Origin: Octopus sinensis
Lineage: Eukaryota
Direction: 5' to 3'
Length of the DNA: 64,000 nucleotides
Assembly: GCF_006345805.1 (NCBI RefSeq)
Contig: NC_042998.1
Location: 173,166,001-173,230,000 of the forward strand
Part shown: positions 1-12,039 of the stretch, piece after piece
Numbering within the stretch: the first letter of the stretch is position 1
Layout of the letters: every line of letters begins with the position of its first letter
Notes under the pieces: model-generated
Databases searched by the model: none
What the model was told of the DNA's origin: nothing
Seen by the model: only the letters and a program-made list of their open reading frames with translations
Program-made: the position numbers and the translations under genes

Positions 1-187
1 GCTTTGGTCTCCTATATATATAAAGTTAATCCAAACAAGAAAGCACAAAAAAACACAACAATGCGAGGACGTGGAACAAATATAGTATTATTGGACGCTC
101 AGGAAAGAAGGAGGGTTTAACGTTTCGACTGGAGCTCTTCGTCGGAAACATAGGAGAAGGAAGGATCCAGAGAAGGGAAGACAGAGG
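1..187 (-). repeat. Inverted copy of the PLE pseudo-LTR end plus MITE junction found at ~1662-1845
   Basis: The reverse complement of 1-187 matches 1662-1845 nearly base for base (cctctgtcttcccttctctggatcc...ggagaccaaagc). Confidence 0.9.
115..149 (-). ncRNA. Minimal hammerhead-like motif (U4C core variant)
   Basis: Minus strand reads gttt-CCGACGA-A-GAGCTCCAGTC-GAA-ACGT-T-aaac: 4-bp stem I, palindromic ACGT stem III, weak stem II. Confidence 0.5.
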
Positions 188-482
188 TTTAGTTTAATTT
201 TAGCATCTAAATTTAAAATTAGTCCAAGAAAAACATATTATCTTGAATCGTAATAACTATGAGGTGATGCATGTATGCCCCGCTAGATAAGTTCACTACG
301 TATTTCTATTCCATATGAATATATAAATTTATTCATAATATCACAGCATCGACCAGAACATCAGATGCTGTTTACAATGCGCTCCCAATTCCATCTTGAT
401 TGCGCCATTCTTCTACATGAATGTATATTTTTGGAATAATTGAAGATTATGAATGCACAAGATAGTTCATAGGTATCACTAA

Positions 483-965
483 GTATTGTATTGTTTGTAT
501 TGTATTGGCATCCTTTTTGTCTCGGGAGACAATGGAGTTGCGCATAGAATAATCTAGTCCGGCTTTTACATTTCATGCTCTAATACATTTCCTGATGTGG
601 CTGTGTAGTCCTATCCTGGACAAACACTCCCTCTGGCAGGTGCCGCAGATGTAGCGAAGACTTCCTGGCTGGTTGTAATGTCATAGCTTCTTGTTGACGT
701 CTTTTCTTGTCTTTCCATTTCTCCCCTCTCTCTCTCTCTCTCTCTCTCTCTGTCACTCCTTTGTGTTCCCTCTTTTACGGTACGTCGCCAATCTCCACGG
801 TTGCTGGCATCTGCTTCCCAGTTGGTAATATTGATGTTGCAGGCATTCATGTCCCTTTTGTAAGCATCCTTGTATCGTAAGAACGGACTTCCCACAGACC
901 TAGTGCCCCTAGTAAGCTCTCCGTAGAGTATGTCCTTGGGCATTCTGCCATCTTCCATAGGTATT
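483..965 (-). mobile_element. RTE-clade LINE, 5'-truncated 3' end
   Basis: Translation EDGRMPKDILYGEL..G.R..G.P.LRYKD..KRDM, then a C-terminal C2H2-like YICGTCQRECLSRIGLHSHIRKC*, then a (caata)n-type tail. A (GA)n tract interrupts it at ~720-752. Confidence 0.85.
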
Positions 966-1479
966 TCTAAGTAAAATTGTTTAAACATACCTGCCAGTAT
1001 ATCTATATGTAAATTCGAAAACATCTGCAGATAACTTAGTGAAGCTATATTCAATGCATACTTACATTACAAAGATACATACATACGTACGCACGCTCCT
1101 ACACACATTAGTATTTACTTTAAATCGTTGGATGAATTTAAGCACATGGATCCTAATCCTCCAAAGAAGTTTTTCCAAGGACTATTATTGAACTCTAAAA
1201 GTATAAAGACTCTACAATGTATTGATATACTTATTTATTAATCTTTGTATATATGTATTATTTTTTTTTTTAAATATTGTAAGTTTCTTTTTTCCACTTC
1301 CTCAATTTAAAAAAGTTTCTTTTCCCCTTCCAAATCTTCAAAATTTGCCTTGCAATGAAAACCGGTATGATTTATTATTTTTTCTTTTTTAATTTTCCAT
1401 ACACCCATTTTTATAAAAATTTACTTTCAATTTAGCATTCTGCCTTATTATAATTTTCCCTCTCCTATCATTTCTCCAC

Positions 1480-1830
1480 GTGCGGTTAACACAGCCCCAC
1501 CATTTACTGATTTATATATATATATATACGCACATATCCACACTTACACACACATTCCTCCTCCTCCTCTACCACTCTCCTGTCTTTGAAAAAACCTTTC
1601 TTCACCCATTTCCTTCCGGTCTTTCAAAATGTGACCACGTGTGTACCGTTGGCGATTTTTTCCTCTGTCTTCCCTTCTCTGGATCCATCCTTCTCCTATG
1701 TTTCCGACGAAGAGCTCCGGTCGAAACGTTAAACCCTCCTTTCCTGAGCGTCCAATAATACTATATTTGTTACACGTCCTCGCATTGTTGTGTTTTTTTG
1801 TGCTTTCTTGTTTGGATTAACTTTATATAT
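1480..1830 (+). mobile_element. Penelope-like pseudo-LTR/3' UTR remnant
   Basis: Pyrimidine-rich tract ending in a hammerhead-like motif and then (TA)n, the same layout as the pLTR at 21.5 kb. Confidence 0.55.
1700..1734 (+). ncRNA. Minimal hammerhead-like motif (U4C core variant)
   Basis: gttt-CCGACGA-A-GAGCTCCGGTC-GAA-ACGT-T-aaac. Confidence 0.5.
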
Positions 1831-1831
1831 A

Positions 1832-2078
1832 TAGGAGACCAAAGCGTACGTACGTCGCTATATATTTATATATAAAAAAATACAAAAATGGGTCAAGAAC
1901 GCAAAACATCCAGAAAACTCCAAATTACCCGTCCTTGTTTTCTTTGTATCGTCTGTCTGGCGGTTTTGTTTTCCGTTTTTTGTATCACATAACCATCTGA
2001 ATGCTTTGCATTCTTGTCCCATTTTTGTATCTTTTTATATATAAAAATATAGCAGCGTACGTACACTTTGGTCTCTTA
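1832..2078. mobile_element. MITE-like element, ~80-bp imperfect TIRs, inserted in (TA)n
   Basis: ggagaccaaagcgtacgtacg...atacaaaaatgggtcaagaacgcaaaacatcc versus its reverse complement at ~1997-2078. A partial related copy lies at ~4770-4825. Confidence 0.75.
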
Positions 2079-4118
2079 TATGTAAGTATAAATATATCTA
2101 AATTTTGCACGACTCAATTATTCTTTCTATTCTTTCATTCTTTCCTTCTTTCTATCAGCCCTTTCACACTTACTTCGTTCATTTCACTCTTCGTTCTTTC
2201 GTTCCCTCTCTCTCACATTTCCTGACCTTCTCTTCATGCTCACTTTCCGTCTTCTGTCCCTTTCATTTTTTCTCACCCCTCCTTAATTCTTCTATCCCAT
2301 ACCACTACCTCTCTCTCTCTCTTCTCTCCCACCGTGAGCGGTGTTCGGCCAAGCCTGACCTTTCTTTCTTGGTCCGACTACCATCCGTGCGACATCTATA
2401 TTCCTCGCTGTGCCTGTCACATCTTATGTCCCTGCCGTAAAACTTTACTTCCACACATGCCAGCTTAATTTAATTTGTCCTTAGTCGAAAGGCAACTGTT
2501 GTTCTGTCCTGTTATTTGCATTTGTATTTGTGTAAAATTTCTCCGTTTTTTCAGTCGCTGCTTAAGGTTTAAAAAAAAACACTGGAGTATCAGTTAATCA
2601 TGATTTTGTTCACTATATTCCCCTATAAGATTCACACACTTATTGCAGCTGTCCTTCTGTTTATCTAAGTCCTGTAAAATAACTCAGAAGGTTGGGCCTC
2701 CAAACATGTCTTTTGCGATACACTTGAAGCTGAGAACTTTTCAGCACTCCCCTGTATTGTATTGTAATTTAGTTGACATATTGAATGTTTATATTCAATG
2801 TTATGTATCTACTTTTGGTTTGTGAAGTATGTTGCGAGAAAGCTAGCAAAACAAAAACATTACCTGCAGAAAATGAATGACGATTCTAGTGTAAATTCAA
2901 TGATGATCTACTAATAGCATTGGGTCTTAGAAATTCCAGGTTTGCGTCCAGCGTGTTCTAAGACTACTAGGAGTGACTTATTTTGTTAAATAATGTCTCT
3001 GGGAGGAGGCATTGCTATACCTACGAATAAAACAGCCGTATAACAGCAGCCTTGAAAGGCAGCCTGACTTGAGGAAGGACGACTCCGGGTATAAATCTTT
3101 ACTATACATAAAGCCTGCGAAGAGGCGAAGACTCAGTGAATAATCCCCGATTATAAATCACGTCTGAAAGGAAAGAGCTCGTTGACCACCGGCTTTATTC
3201 ATACCAAAGAATGAATGATAACCCCCATGAATGTATTGTGACTAAGAGTACCAAACCGCAACTATAAGAATACGAATATTTGTCCATTCATAATATAATT
3301 TTTCGTGAGAGACTTTAAACGCTATTCAATCATTTTAGAACGATACTTTATATCTTCTAGATTCTCCGCTAATAACATAGAATCGCGCAAACATAAATCG
3401 CGTGCACTATGATATTTAAATTTATTAAACAAATTAATTCATAATAGTTAGAAACATATATAATAGATTTATATTGAACTCAAACATATTATGTTAAGCA
3501 TATTTCAAATGAATCCTTTGTATAATAACATATTATAATATTTCCCTGTCATTCTTCTTAACTTCATATTAATATTTGAATATACGCTCACAAAAACAAA
3601 ATCCTGTCACGCTCACATAAAACACAAATACACGGGCATAGACAAACCTGCACAATATATTTAAAATACAAACATTACATACACGCATTTATCTTTTCCT
3701 CTTTCCTTATTTTACCTAGATTGTTTCAATAGGGACAATACATAGTCAATCACACAGTGTACTAGAGTTTAGTGTTAAATCTCTACACTAGTAAACACTA
3801 TTAAAATTGCTTGAACCTAACTGACTGGTTGTTCCCAGAATCCACGTGGTCAATGTGGTTTGCAGCAAGAGGTATAAAAAGTATGTTTATGCATTTATTT
3901 GATTATACTTTCTTTTAACCACAGAGTCCTTATCATCTGCATACAGCTGTTATTTCAGTCTCCTTGGATCTCATCAGCATTATTAAGTTAGGCATTTGGG
4001 ATCTATCAAATTATTATTTACAGATGAAGGAAGTATAGGGAGGTATACAATATTTCTATGGAAAAAAGACAATTTTCACTACATCAGTAATGTAATGGGG
4101 GTGGGTGGGTGAAAACAA

Positions 4119-4120
4119 GC

Positions 4121-4162
<42 letters not shown>

Positions 4163-4163
4163 T

Positions 4164-4213
<50 letters not shown>

Positions 4214-4234
4214 TGTAGTAGTAGTAGTAGTAGT
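4119..4234. repeat. (AGT)n microsatellite
   Basis: Read directly from the sequence. Confidence 0.97.
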
Positions 4235-5019
4235 AATTTACATAAATTAACATATATGTGAAGATGCTATTGAAAAATCCGAATTTTTCTTCGGCGATAG
4301 TTTGCGAACATACTTTATACACTCTCTTGTCTTGCAATTCAGACTGCTGCTACACGTAGGCATCGGTCAGTTGTTCGATGAAGAGTTTTGATTCCACCAT
4401 CTCCAGTGACTTGTTTATTACCAGACGTTATGACAAGCATGTCACAATAGAAATCCAACTGTTATGCTTGTAATAAAAAATGGCACGCCATTATTACAGA
4501 CAGTCCTCAACCAATGTGGAAATTTAATATTGTTCACTTTGAATTTTCGCACAAATGAGTTTTATATATATATATGTGTGTATGTACATACATACATACG
4601 CGTGCGCGCACAAACACAAACACACACACACACATACACAGACATATATGTTTGTATATCTATGTATATATATATGACCAGATTGGAGCAATCTTGAGTA
4701 TAACTAGCCGAAATTGCAAAGATAATCTGGAACTCGACTGAGGAAAGAAAACTCCCAATAACCCTTAATAGTTTCCTTTGTATCGTCTATCTGGATGTTT
4801 TGCGTTCTTGTCCCATTTTGTATTATATATATATATGTATGTATGAATGTATGTATGTATGAATGTTTGATAGTCACAGAGTTCGAAAAAGAGGCTACTG
4901 TAATTCCTTGCTGTAGAACCTGTACAGACGATCTGTTTACAGTGATCAATCAAAAGCTTGTGCTGCATATACGCTCACTCCCGTTATCAAATCAGTATTA
5001 TCTGTACTAGAGCACTCTT

Positions 5020-5167
5020 TACCATACTTCAGCTGTCGGAAGGATCGCAAAGCAGCGTGAGATGAAGTGTTTTGCTCCAGAACAAAACTAACCACCCGTC
5101 TCAGGGATGGAAACTACGATCTCGGGACCATGAGTATAACACCCTAACCACAAGTCTACGCACTCCC
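5020..5167 (-). mobile_element. Degenerate tRNA-derived SINE head
   Basis: The reverse complement resembles the SINE heads at 16353-16743 and 59015 (gtggttagggtg..., gagcaaaacacttcatctcacg). Confidence 0.6.
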
Positions 5168-5212
5168 ATATATGGGTGTGTGTGTCTTTGTTTCTTTATA
5201 GGTGTAGGTGCT

Positions 5213-5387
5213 GGCATGGTTACGAAGATTGCTTTGCAACCACATGGTTTTGGGTTCAATCGCCATGCGCTGTACTTGGGGAAATGTATTCTATTATAGC
5301 ACCGGACTGACTAATTTCCTTGTGAGTGACTTTGGTAGGGGGAAACGGTATGGAACTAAACACACACACCCTCACACACACACGCAC

Positions 5388-5418
<31 letters not shown>

Positions 5419-5645
5419 CATGGTTGTGTGGTTACAAAGATTGCTTTGCAACCACATGGTTTTGGGTTCAATCGCCATGCACTGTACTTGGGGAAATGTA
5501 TTCTATTATAGCACCGGACTGACTAATTCCCCTGTGAGTGACTTTGGTAGGGGGAGACGGTATGGAACTAAACACACACGCACACACACACACACACATA
5601 TACACACACATACACACACACACATGCACGCACACACACGCACGT
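5213..5645 (+). repeat. Tandem duplication (period ~212 bp) of a diverged SINE head plus (CA)n
   Basis: gctttgcaaccacatggttttgggttcaatcgcc occurs at 5231 and 5443, and both copies share the same diagnostic changes. Confidence 0.9.
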
Positions 5646-5647
5646 AT

Positions 5648-5717
5648 GATATTTGATATTTGATATTTGATATTTCCAGTTTCAGCTAATGAGCTGTGGC
5701 CATGCTGGGGCACCGCC
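5648..5717 (-). mobile_element. Isolated retroposon 3' tail with (atatcaa)n end
   Basis: Minus strand ggcggtgccccagcatggccacagctcattagctgaaactgg-(aaatatc)n. Confidence 0.7.
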
Positions 5718-6537
5718 ATTTATATGCATATATATAAAATCTATTTATATAAAATCTATTGTCCTGTATCTCTTTTGAACGAAAATTGTTTATCACCACT
5801 TAATTATTTTTCTGGTGATGAGGCATATGGAATAAAACGTACTGGGTAATATATATTCGTCTGGGAAATCACGAACCAGATATCTGGATAAATTTTAATA
5901 ATATGGAGTATCGGTGATAAAGCTAGTGCATACTTCGATGCATCAGTTATTAATGCAACCAGGAAATATCACTTTCCTTGGATATCAGAAATGTAATCTA
6001 ATTGTCAACATTAGAGGAGTTTCCTTCTGGATAGCTTCTAGACGACAGAAAGTTCAAAGCAAAATGAATGACTCAAATCCACAACCAGTAAATCAAACGA
6101 CCTTCGCGACGTTGTTGCCGTCGGATGATGATAGGTACGAAAGCTGTCTAGCCTGGCTTAAACATTTAGACTGCCAGATATCTGATCTCATGACCCATCT
6201 GGAATAATATGAAGTGACTACCTAATACAATGCGATACTACTACTACTACATTACTTGCGTTAAACAACGAATATGGTTAGGCTGAATTACATGTGTCTG
6301 TAAGTGTATATAAATGTATATGTACACCAGCAAACGTACACACATACATGCGTGTATATGTGTGTGTATGTGTGTGTTTCAGTGTGTCTGTTCTCTAGAG
6401 AAAATATACATGAATACAAAGTTTAAGATTGCATATTTTCACACAATTTTATCGAGAAGCTATTTATTGAATATGCCTCTAACGACTTTTCGCTCTGTGC
6501 CTGTCTTCTGCACTTATATACATCTGTGTGTATATGT

Positions 6538-6568
<31 letters not shown>

Positions 6569-7149
6569 CATATACGGGTGTTCAGAGAGTGTAGGTTGAA
6601 AACAAATGAAGACGGAGATAGAACAGAAACGAAGGAAAGAAAGAACATTTAGGAAATCAAAATATTTTAAAGTTTAAATCTACCGCAGGCGTCTCGTTAT
6701 CTATTCCGGTAACGCACATGATTTTATGCGACTCATGTCCCCTTATTGTCGGTAATTGATAGCAAAAATTTCTGATAACAACATCTTATCTAGAGGGGGA
6801 TTTAGCACACATCGTCTTGTCTCCATGAAGTAAAATTTAGCAACGATACACATGAGACACTGGTTATAAATACGGGACTTTAGACGGAGGTTTGAAATCA
6901 TATCCACGTTGACAATTAAAGAAAACAAATTATATATATACTACTTCTCATAATAACAAACACATAACAAACATTTCGTTTCGGGAATGCTAATTTTATA
7001 TATATATATATATTTATTTATTTATGTGTGTATGTATATATAAACATATACTCGCACTCAATATTAGTATTCCCAAAACGAAATCCACGTGTGTTTGTTA
7101 TTAGATTATGAGAAATAGTATATATATAATTTGTTTTCTTTAATTTATG

Positions 7150-7440
7150 TGAAGACGCATGGCTCAGTGGTCAGAGCGTCGAGCTTACGATCCCGGACCA
7201 GGCTGCGTGTTGTGCTCTTGAGCAAGACACTTTATTTCACGTTGCTCCAGTTGACTCAGCTATAGAAATGAGTTGCGACTTCACAGCTGTATCTGTTGTT
7301 GCTTTTCCCTTGGATAACACTGGTGGCGTGGAGAGGGGAGGCCGGTATGCATGGGCAAATGCTGGTCTTCCATAAACAACCTTGCCTGGGAGGGTAACTT
7401 TCTAGGTGCAATTCCATGGTCAGTCATGACCGAAGGGGGT
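7150..7440 (+). mobile_element. tRNA-derived SINE
   Basis: A-box-like tggctcagtggtcagagcg head, then a central gagcaagacactttatttcacgttgctccag domain shared with the copy at 59015. Confidence 0.75.
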
Positions 7441-7464
7441 TTCAATATATATATATATACATAA

Positions 7465-7556
7465 GTAAGCAAGCTACTTACCACACAGCCACTCCTACGC
7501 CTATATAAATATATATATAGGTGTAGGAGTGGCTGTGTGGTAAGTAGCTTGCTTAC
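7465..7556. repeat. 92-bp near-perfect palindrome of head-to-head SINE 5' ends
   Basis: 43-bp arms gtaagcaagctacttaccacacagccactcctac(g/a)cctatata with one mismatch. Confidence 0.95.
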
Positions 7557-9150
7557 GCATGCGTGTTTGTTAGTTACTTGCTGAAGTGAACACTGTCGGG
7601 ACGTGCTTTGGGGGCTGTCCTGATTTAAAGAACTATTGAAGAGGCGCGACTGCAAGTAAGTTCCTGCCTAGCTCTGGGGCAATTTCGTCTGCCTTGGTGG
7701 CTTTAAATTGTAGCTTGCTCTAGCGAGAAAAACAATTGTGTTCTCGTCGCGATAACGGTGGACTGAAAATTTTTTGAAAACTTATTTGGAGTAAAACTCT
7801 GTGTGGCGTTTTTTTGCCAAATAACTTGTACATTCTGGTGGGCGTATTTCACTAGAAAAAGTGGTAGACTGTGGAGTTTACGTAACTGGAGTACTATCGA
7901 GAAGAACTATTGGATATACCTGTTGGAGTATTATACAGAACCGTAGACTCCCTGTCTGTTCTATCTGTGAGTATTGTTTTATTTTTATTTTTTCCCTTCT
8001 TCCATGTTTCTTTCTTTCTAAATTTCGGTTCATTCTTTTTCTCATTATTTTAATTTCAGTTTCTTTTCCTTCTCTTTTATCTTGTGTTTATTCTATTTTT
8101 ATTCGGTTTTAATTTTTGGTGGACTGTTTTTATGAACTACTTTTGAACTGATTTTTTTTTTTGGACATGGCAGAGAAGGAACTTAAAAAGAAGAACCCTA
8201 TCTTGGAGTGGGAAATTATCCCACCCAAACAGTGGTTAAAAGATATGGAGGAGAGGACGGTCGTGGTTAGAACTTACTCAAAAGTTCTTGATACCATCAC
8301 CGTCTTCCCAAAACCAGCTATAGAAAAAGAACTGAAAGACTATTTGTCCTTTGTGAAATTCATATCACGTGGTGTCAAGCATGCAACCGCATGGTTGCTG
8401 TTTGATATTACGGAGAGGCTCGCAATTTCGCGAGCCAGCCCTTGGAGGACAACGAAATTCTGTTCCTCCCGTCGTACTACGGGAGGAAATTAATAAGAGC
8501 CTGGGTATGTGTGTTACCCCTAGACACCGAGGTGGGTTGGATTTAAGATAACATCCGACGGGGACTGGGGGTAACGGGCCCAGGCTCTTAAATGTAAGGG
8601 TATCGCCGGCGGTCGATTGGGAAGGGTCAAATGCCATTTTGACCCTGTGGACCACATCGGCCGCAACAGATCTGGTTTTTCCAGATTTTTTTAAATGGCT
8701 GACTGCAGGTATCCGGTGATACTTGAGGGACGTCCCCCAAGTGTCACTCGTGCCTGCAGCCAGGCCATATTAAAAAGAACTGCCCTCAGGACCATGGTAA
8801 GGTCCTGGAACAGTCACTAGAAGTGACTTCCCCAACCCGGTCAAAGGGAGAGGTGGATGTGGTTCAATCCAAAGAGGATTAAAAAGGAAGAAGTCGGGCA
8901 ACAATAGTTGTGTGTTTTTTTTTAAAGAAAAAAAACATGTTAAGTAAGAAGTTTTAATGCCTCCTTTTTGTAAGATGTTTGAAACATCTTAGTGATTTTG
9001 AAAAAAAGAAAATATGTTTTCGAGAAAAATCCAATCGGCAGGTGTTGGGTTTCGTCTCTCATTTATTCATTTTTCATTTTCATTCATTAAAGTGTTTGTC
9101 CAGCCCGCAGCTACTCTGTATACTGTCTTTATGGCAAATAAGATGAAATA
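7557..9150 (+). mobile_element. Non-autonomous ORF1-only non-LTR element (L1/Tx1-like, HAL1-type architecture)
   Basis: 15-bp TSD aagtagcttgcttac at 7542-7556 and 9151-9165, ~600-bp leader, gag-like ORF with a CCHC knuckle, A-rich end, and no room for an endonuclease or RT. Confidence 0.7.
8167..8881 (+). pseudogene. Frameshifted gag-like ORF1 with zinc knuckle
   Basis: MAEKELKKKNPILEWEII... then, after frameshifts and stops, CHSCLQPGHIKKNC (C-x2-C-x4-H-x4-C) at 8742-8783. Confidence 0.7.
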
Positions 9151-9584
9151 AAGTAGCTTGCTTACCAGTCACATGGTTCCGGGTTCAGTCCCACTGTGTG
9201 GCAGCTTGGGCTAGTGTTTTCTACTATTGCCTCTGGCCGACAAAGCCTTGTGAGTAGATTTGGTAGACGGAAACTGAAAGAAGCCCGTCGTATATATGTA
9301 TATATGTATATATGTATGTGTGTGTATATGTTTGTCCCCCCAACATCGCTTGACAACCGATGCTTGTGTGTCTACGTCCCCGGAACCTAGCGGTTCGGCG
9401 AAAGTGACAGATAGGATAAGTGGTAGGCATAGAAAGAATAAGTCCTGGGGTCAATTTGCTCGACTAAAAGGGGGTGCTCGAGCATGCCACAGTCAAACGA
9501 CTGAAATATGTAACAGAGTAAAAGAGTAAGAATATACACATATATATACATATATATATATATACGTATATATATATATATGAG

Positions 9585-9935
9585 CAAAACGCTCCCCACG
9601 GCCAATGGACGGTGCTGAGTTGTCAAGCATTTAAATCAAAATTTCTCAAAACAACTTGTCCGACCGTCCCATAGGCCTCCCCTTTGAGAAAAACTGATTT
9701 AACCTAAATTTGAGACACCAGCAAAAGACGGATTTTGACTGATGTACTTGCGCGTACAAATGCACGTTCCCACGTCTTTATTGATCACATTCTCACCTGG
9801 AATCGATTTTTGGAATTTTTCCAAGACTTATACACGCCCTGATACTGTCGGTATCTACATATCAAATTTGAGCGCAATCGGATGGAGGATGCTCGAGAAC
9901 CGAGAAGAATTACACAGGCAGAACGGATTTTATAT
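9585..9935 (+). mobile_element. Possible non-autonomous Helitron/Helentron-type repeat
   Basis: Lies between (TA)n tracts. Its end catatcaaatttgagcgcaatcgg...cagaacggattttatata resembles DINE-1/HINE-type termini (recognition from memory only). Confidence 0.3.
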
Positions 9936-9939
9936 AAAG

Positions 9940-9998
<59 letters not shown>

Positions 9999-10204
9999 TA
10001 TATATATATGTATATGTATATATATTATATACTATATATGAAGTAGAATTTAGTAGTGGATCAAAATATATATCTATTCGTGCTAGCTATTAAATATATT
10101 TTATATTTACGTTTGTTATGATTTCACAAACACACACACATGCGCGCGCGCATACACGCAAACGCATATACATACATATCGGTTTCTAGATTCAGCAATT
10201 TCGG

Positions 10205-10352
10205 GTGAGTGAGAATGTTGATTATATCGACCCCAGTGCTGAACTGTTATTTATTTTGTCGACCCCAAAAGGATGAGAGTCAAAGTTGACTTCCACAGAA
10301 TCTGAACTCTGAACGTCAAGACGGACGAAATGCCGCTAACGATTCTGCTAGC
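10205..10352 (-). mobile_element. SINE (second family); further copies at ~11790-11915 (+), 13575-13755 (+), 14620-14920 (-), 41560-41660 (-)
   Basis: Shared ttctgagttcaaattccgccgaggtcgactttgcctttcatcc...ggggtcgataaa core. Confidence 0.75.
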
Positions 10353-10382
10353 TCACCTTTCATGTGTGTGTGTGTGTATATT

Positions 10383-10690
<308 letters not shown>

Positions 10691-11352
10691 GTAGAAATAT
10701 CAGACAGTCTTTAAGTAAACAAGATAGCCGCTGTGTAGATGATGTATTTATAATGCATAAGGATAGCAGATGATAAAAACAAAATCCTAATCTTAAGATA
10801 CACATAATGCTATGAATATGGATACGCAAATGATACAGCAGCAGGGAGAAAATATATTCAATGTATTTATACAGAGAGGCGTAATAAACAAGCAATATTG
10901 ATACAAGGCGCAAGGAATGGAAGCCCCTATGATATCACTAATCTCAAATGTTCAAGTTATAAACAAGGCTGTCTTATCAATGGCTGGTCTTCCTGTTAAC
11001 CATTCAAGGGTGCTTGAAACATATTCAGTTATTATAATTCCTGTACGACTGAATGGACATATGTCTGCTAGTGTATTATATGTAATAAATGTTGTCTTTC
11101 AAGTGTGGTCTGAAGTGAGAAATGTTTGTACACAATACCAAAATGTCATGATGCTGCATTGCATTAACTAAAATGCCATTTTATGATAGTTGTTGAAGAA
11201 GCTGTAGTTCGAAATCATTTTTGCATTGAGAAGGAAAGGTCACACTCATTATTGGACAGACAGCATTTTATATGTGTGTATTTTCTATAGGTATGTATGT
11301 ATGTATGTATGTATGTATGTATGTATGTATGTATGTATGTGTGTGTGTGCGT

Positions 11353-11383
<31 letters not shown>

Positions 11384-12039
11384 CACGTGTACATGTGGCT
11401 ATGTGTGTGTATATCTGCATACATACATACACTTGCGCACAAGAAAAACTATGGTCATGCTCTCAAAATATTAAAACTGAGGCATTGAGTGTGAACATGG
11501 TTTAATGAAACAAGTTTATACTCACTATCATATGTGTGTGTGTGTGTGTGTGCGGACGTGTACACACACACACACACACACACATACACACATACTCACA
11601 GATACAAATATGTATAGATGTATATATAATGTTACTACATCAAAGTTTCATATCAATAAAAGTTGGACTGTCGTGAGATGGCGACGACAAAGGGACCTGC
11701 TAAGAAGGCGGGAATCGATATTAAACAAAGTCAGTGGTTGTCGCAGCCTGCATCTTCCTGAATGCCCGGATTTCGTTTACACGCCAGACAAAATTCTTAT
11801 CGGCATTTCATCGCTCTGAGTTCAAATTCCGCCGAGGTTAACTTTGCTTTTCATCTTTTCGGGTCGGTCGATAAAATAAATATCTGTCAAGTATTGGGTT
11901 GATGTAATTGACCTCCTTCTCTCTTCAAAAAACCTTTGGAACTCTGCTCAAATTTGAAACTATTATTATCATCTATGCAAGTGGATGTTAATTTAGCATG
12001 TATTTTATCTTGAGGTTTGCAGGCAAGAAATATTCTCAA

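Larger units (their letters stand above)
7519..9530 (+). mobile_element. Bipartite tRNA-derived SINE (7519-7556 plus 9166-9530) split by an insertion
   Basis: The head stops at gcttac (7556) and resumes after the duplicated aagtagcttgcttac at 9151-9165. Confidence 0.9.

Noticed and set aside
5213-5645. Repeat-spacer appearance of tandem units, here and at 62020-62225
   Set aside because: Simple tandem duplications in eukaryotic DNA, with no unique spacers or cas genes. Not CRISPR.
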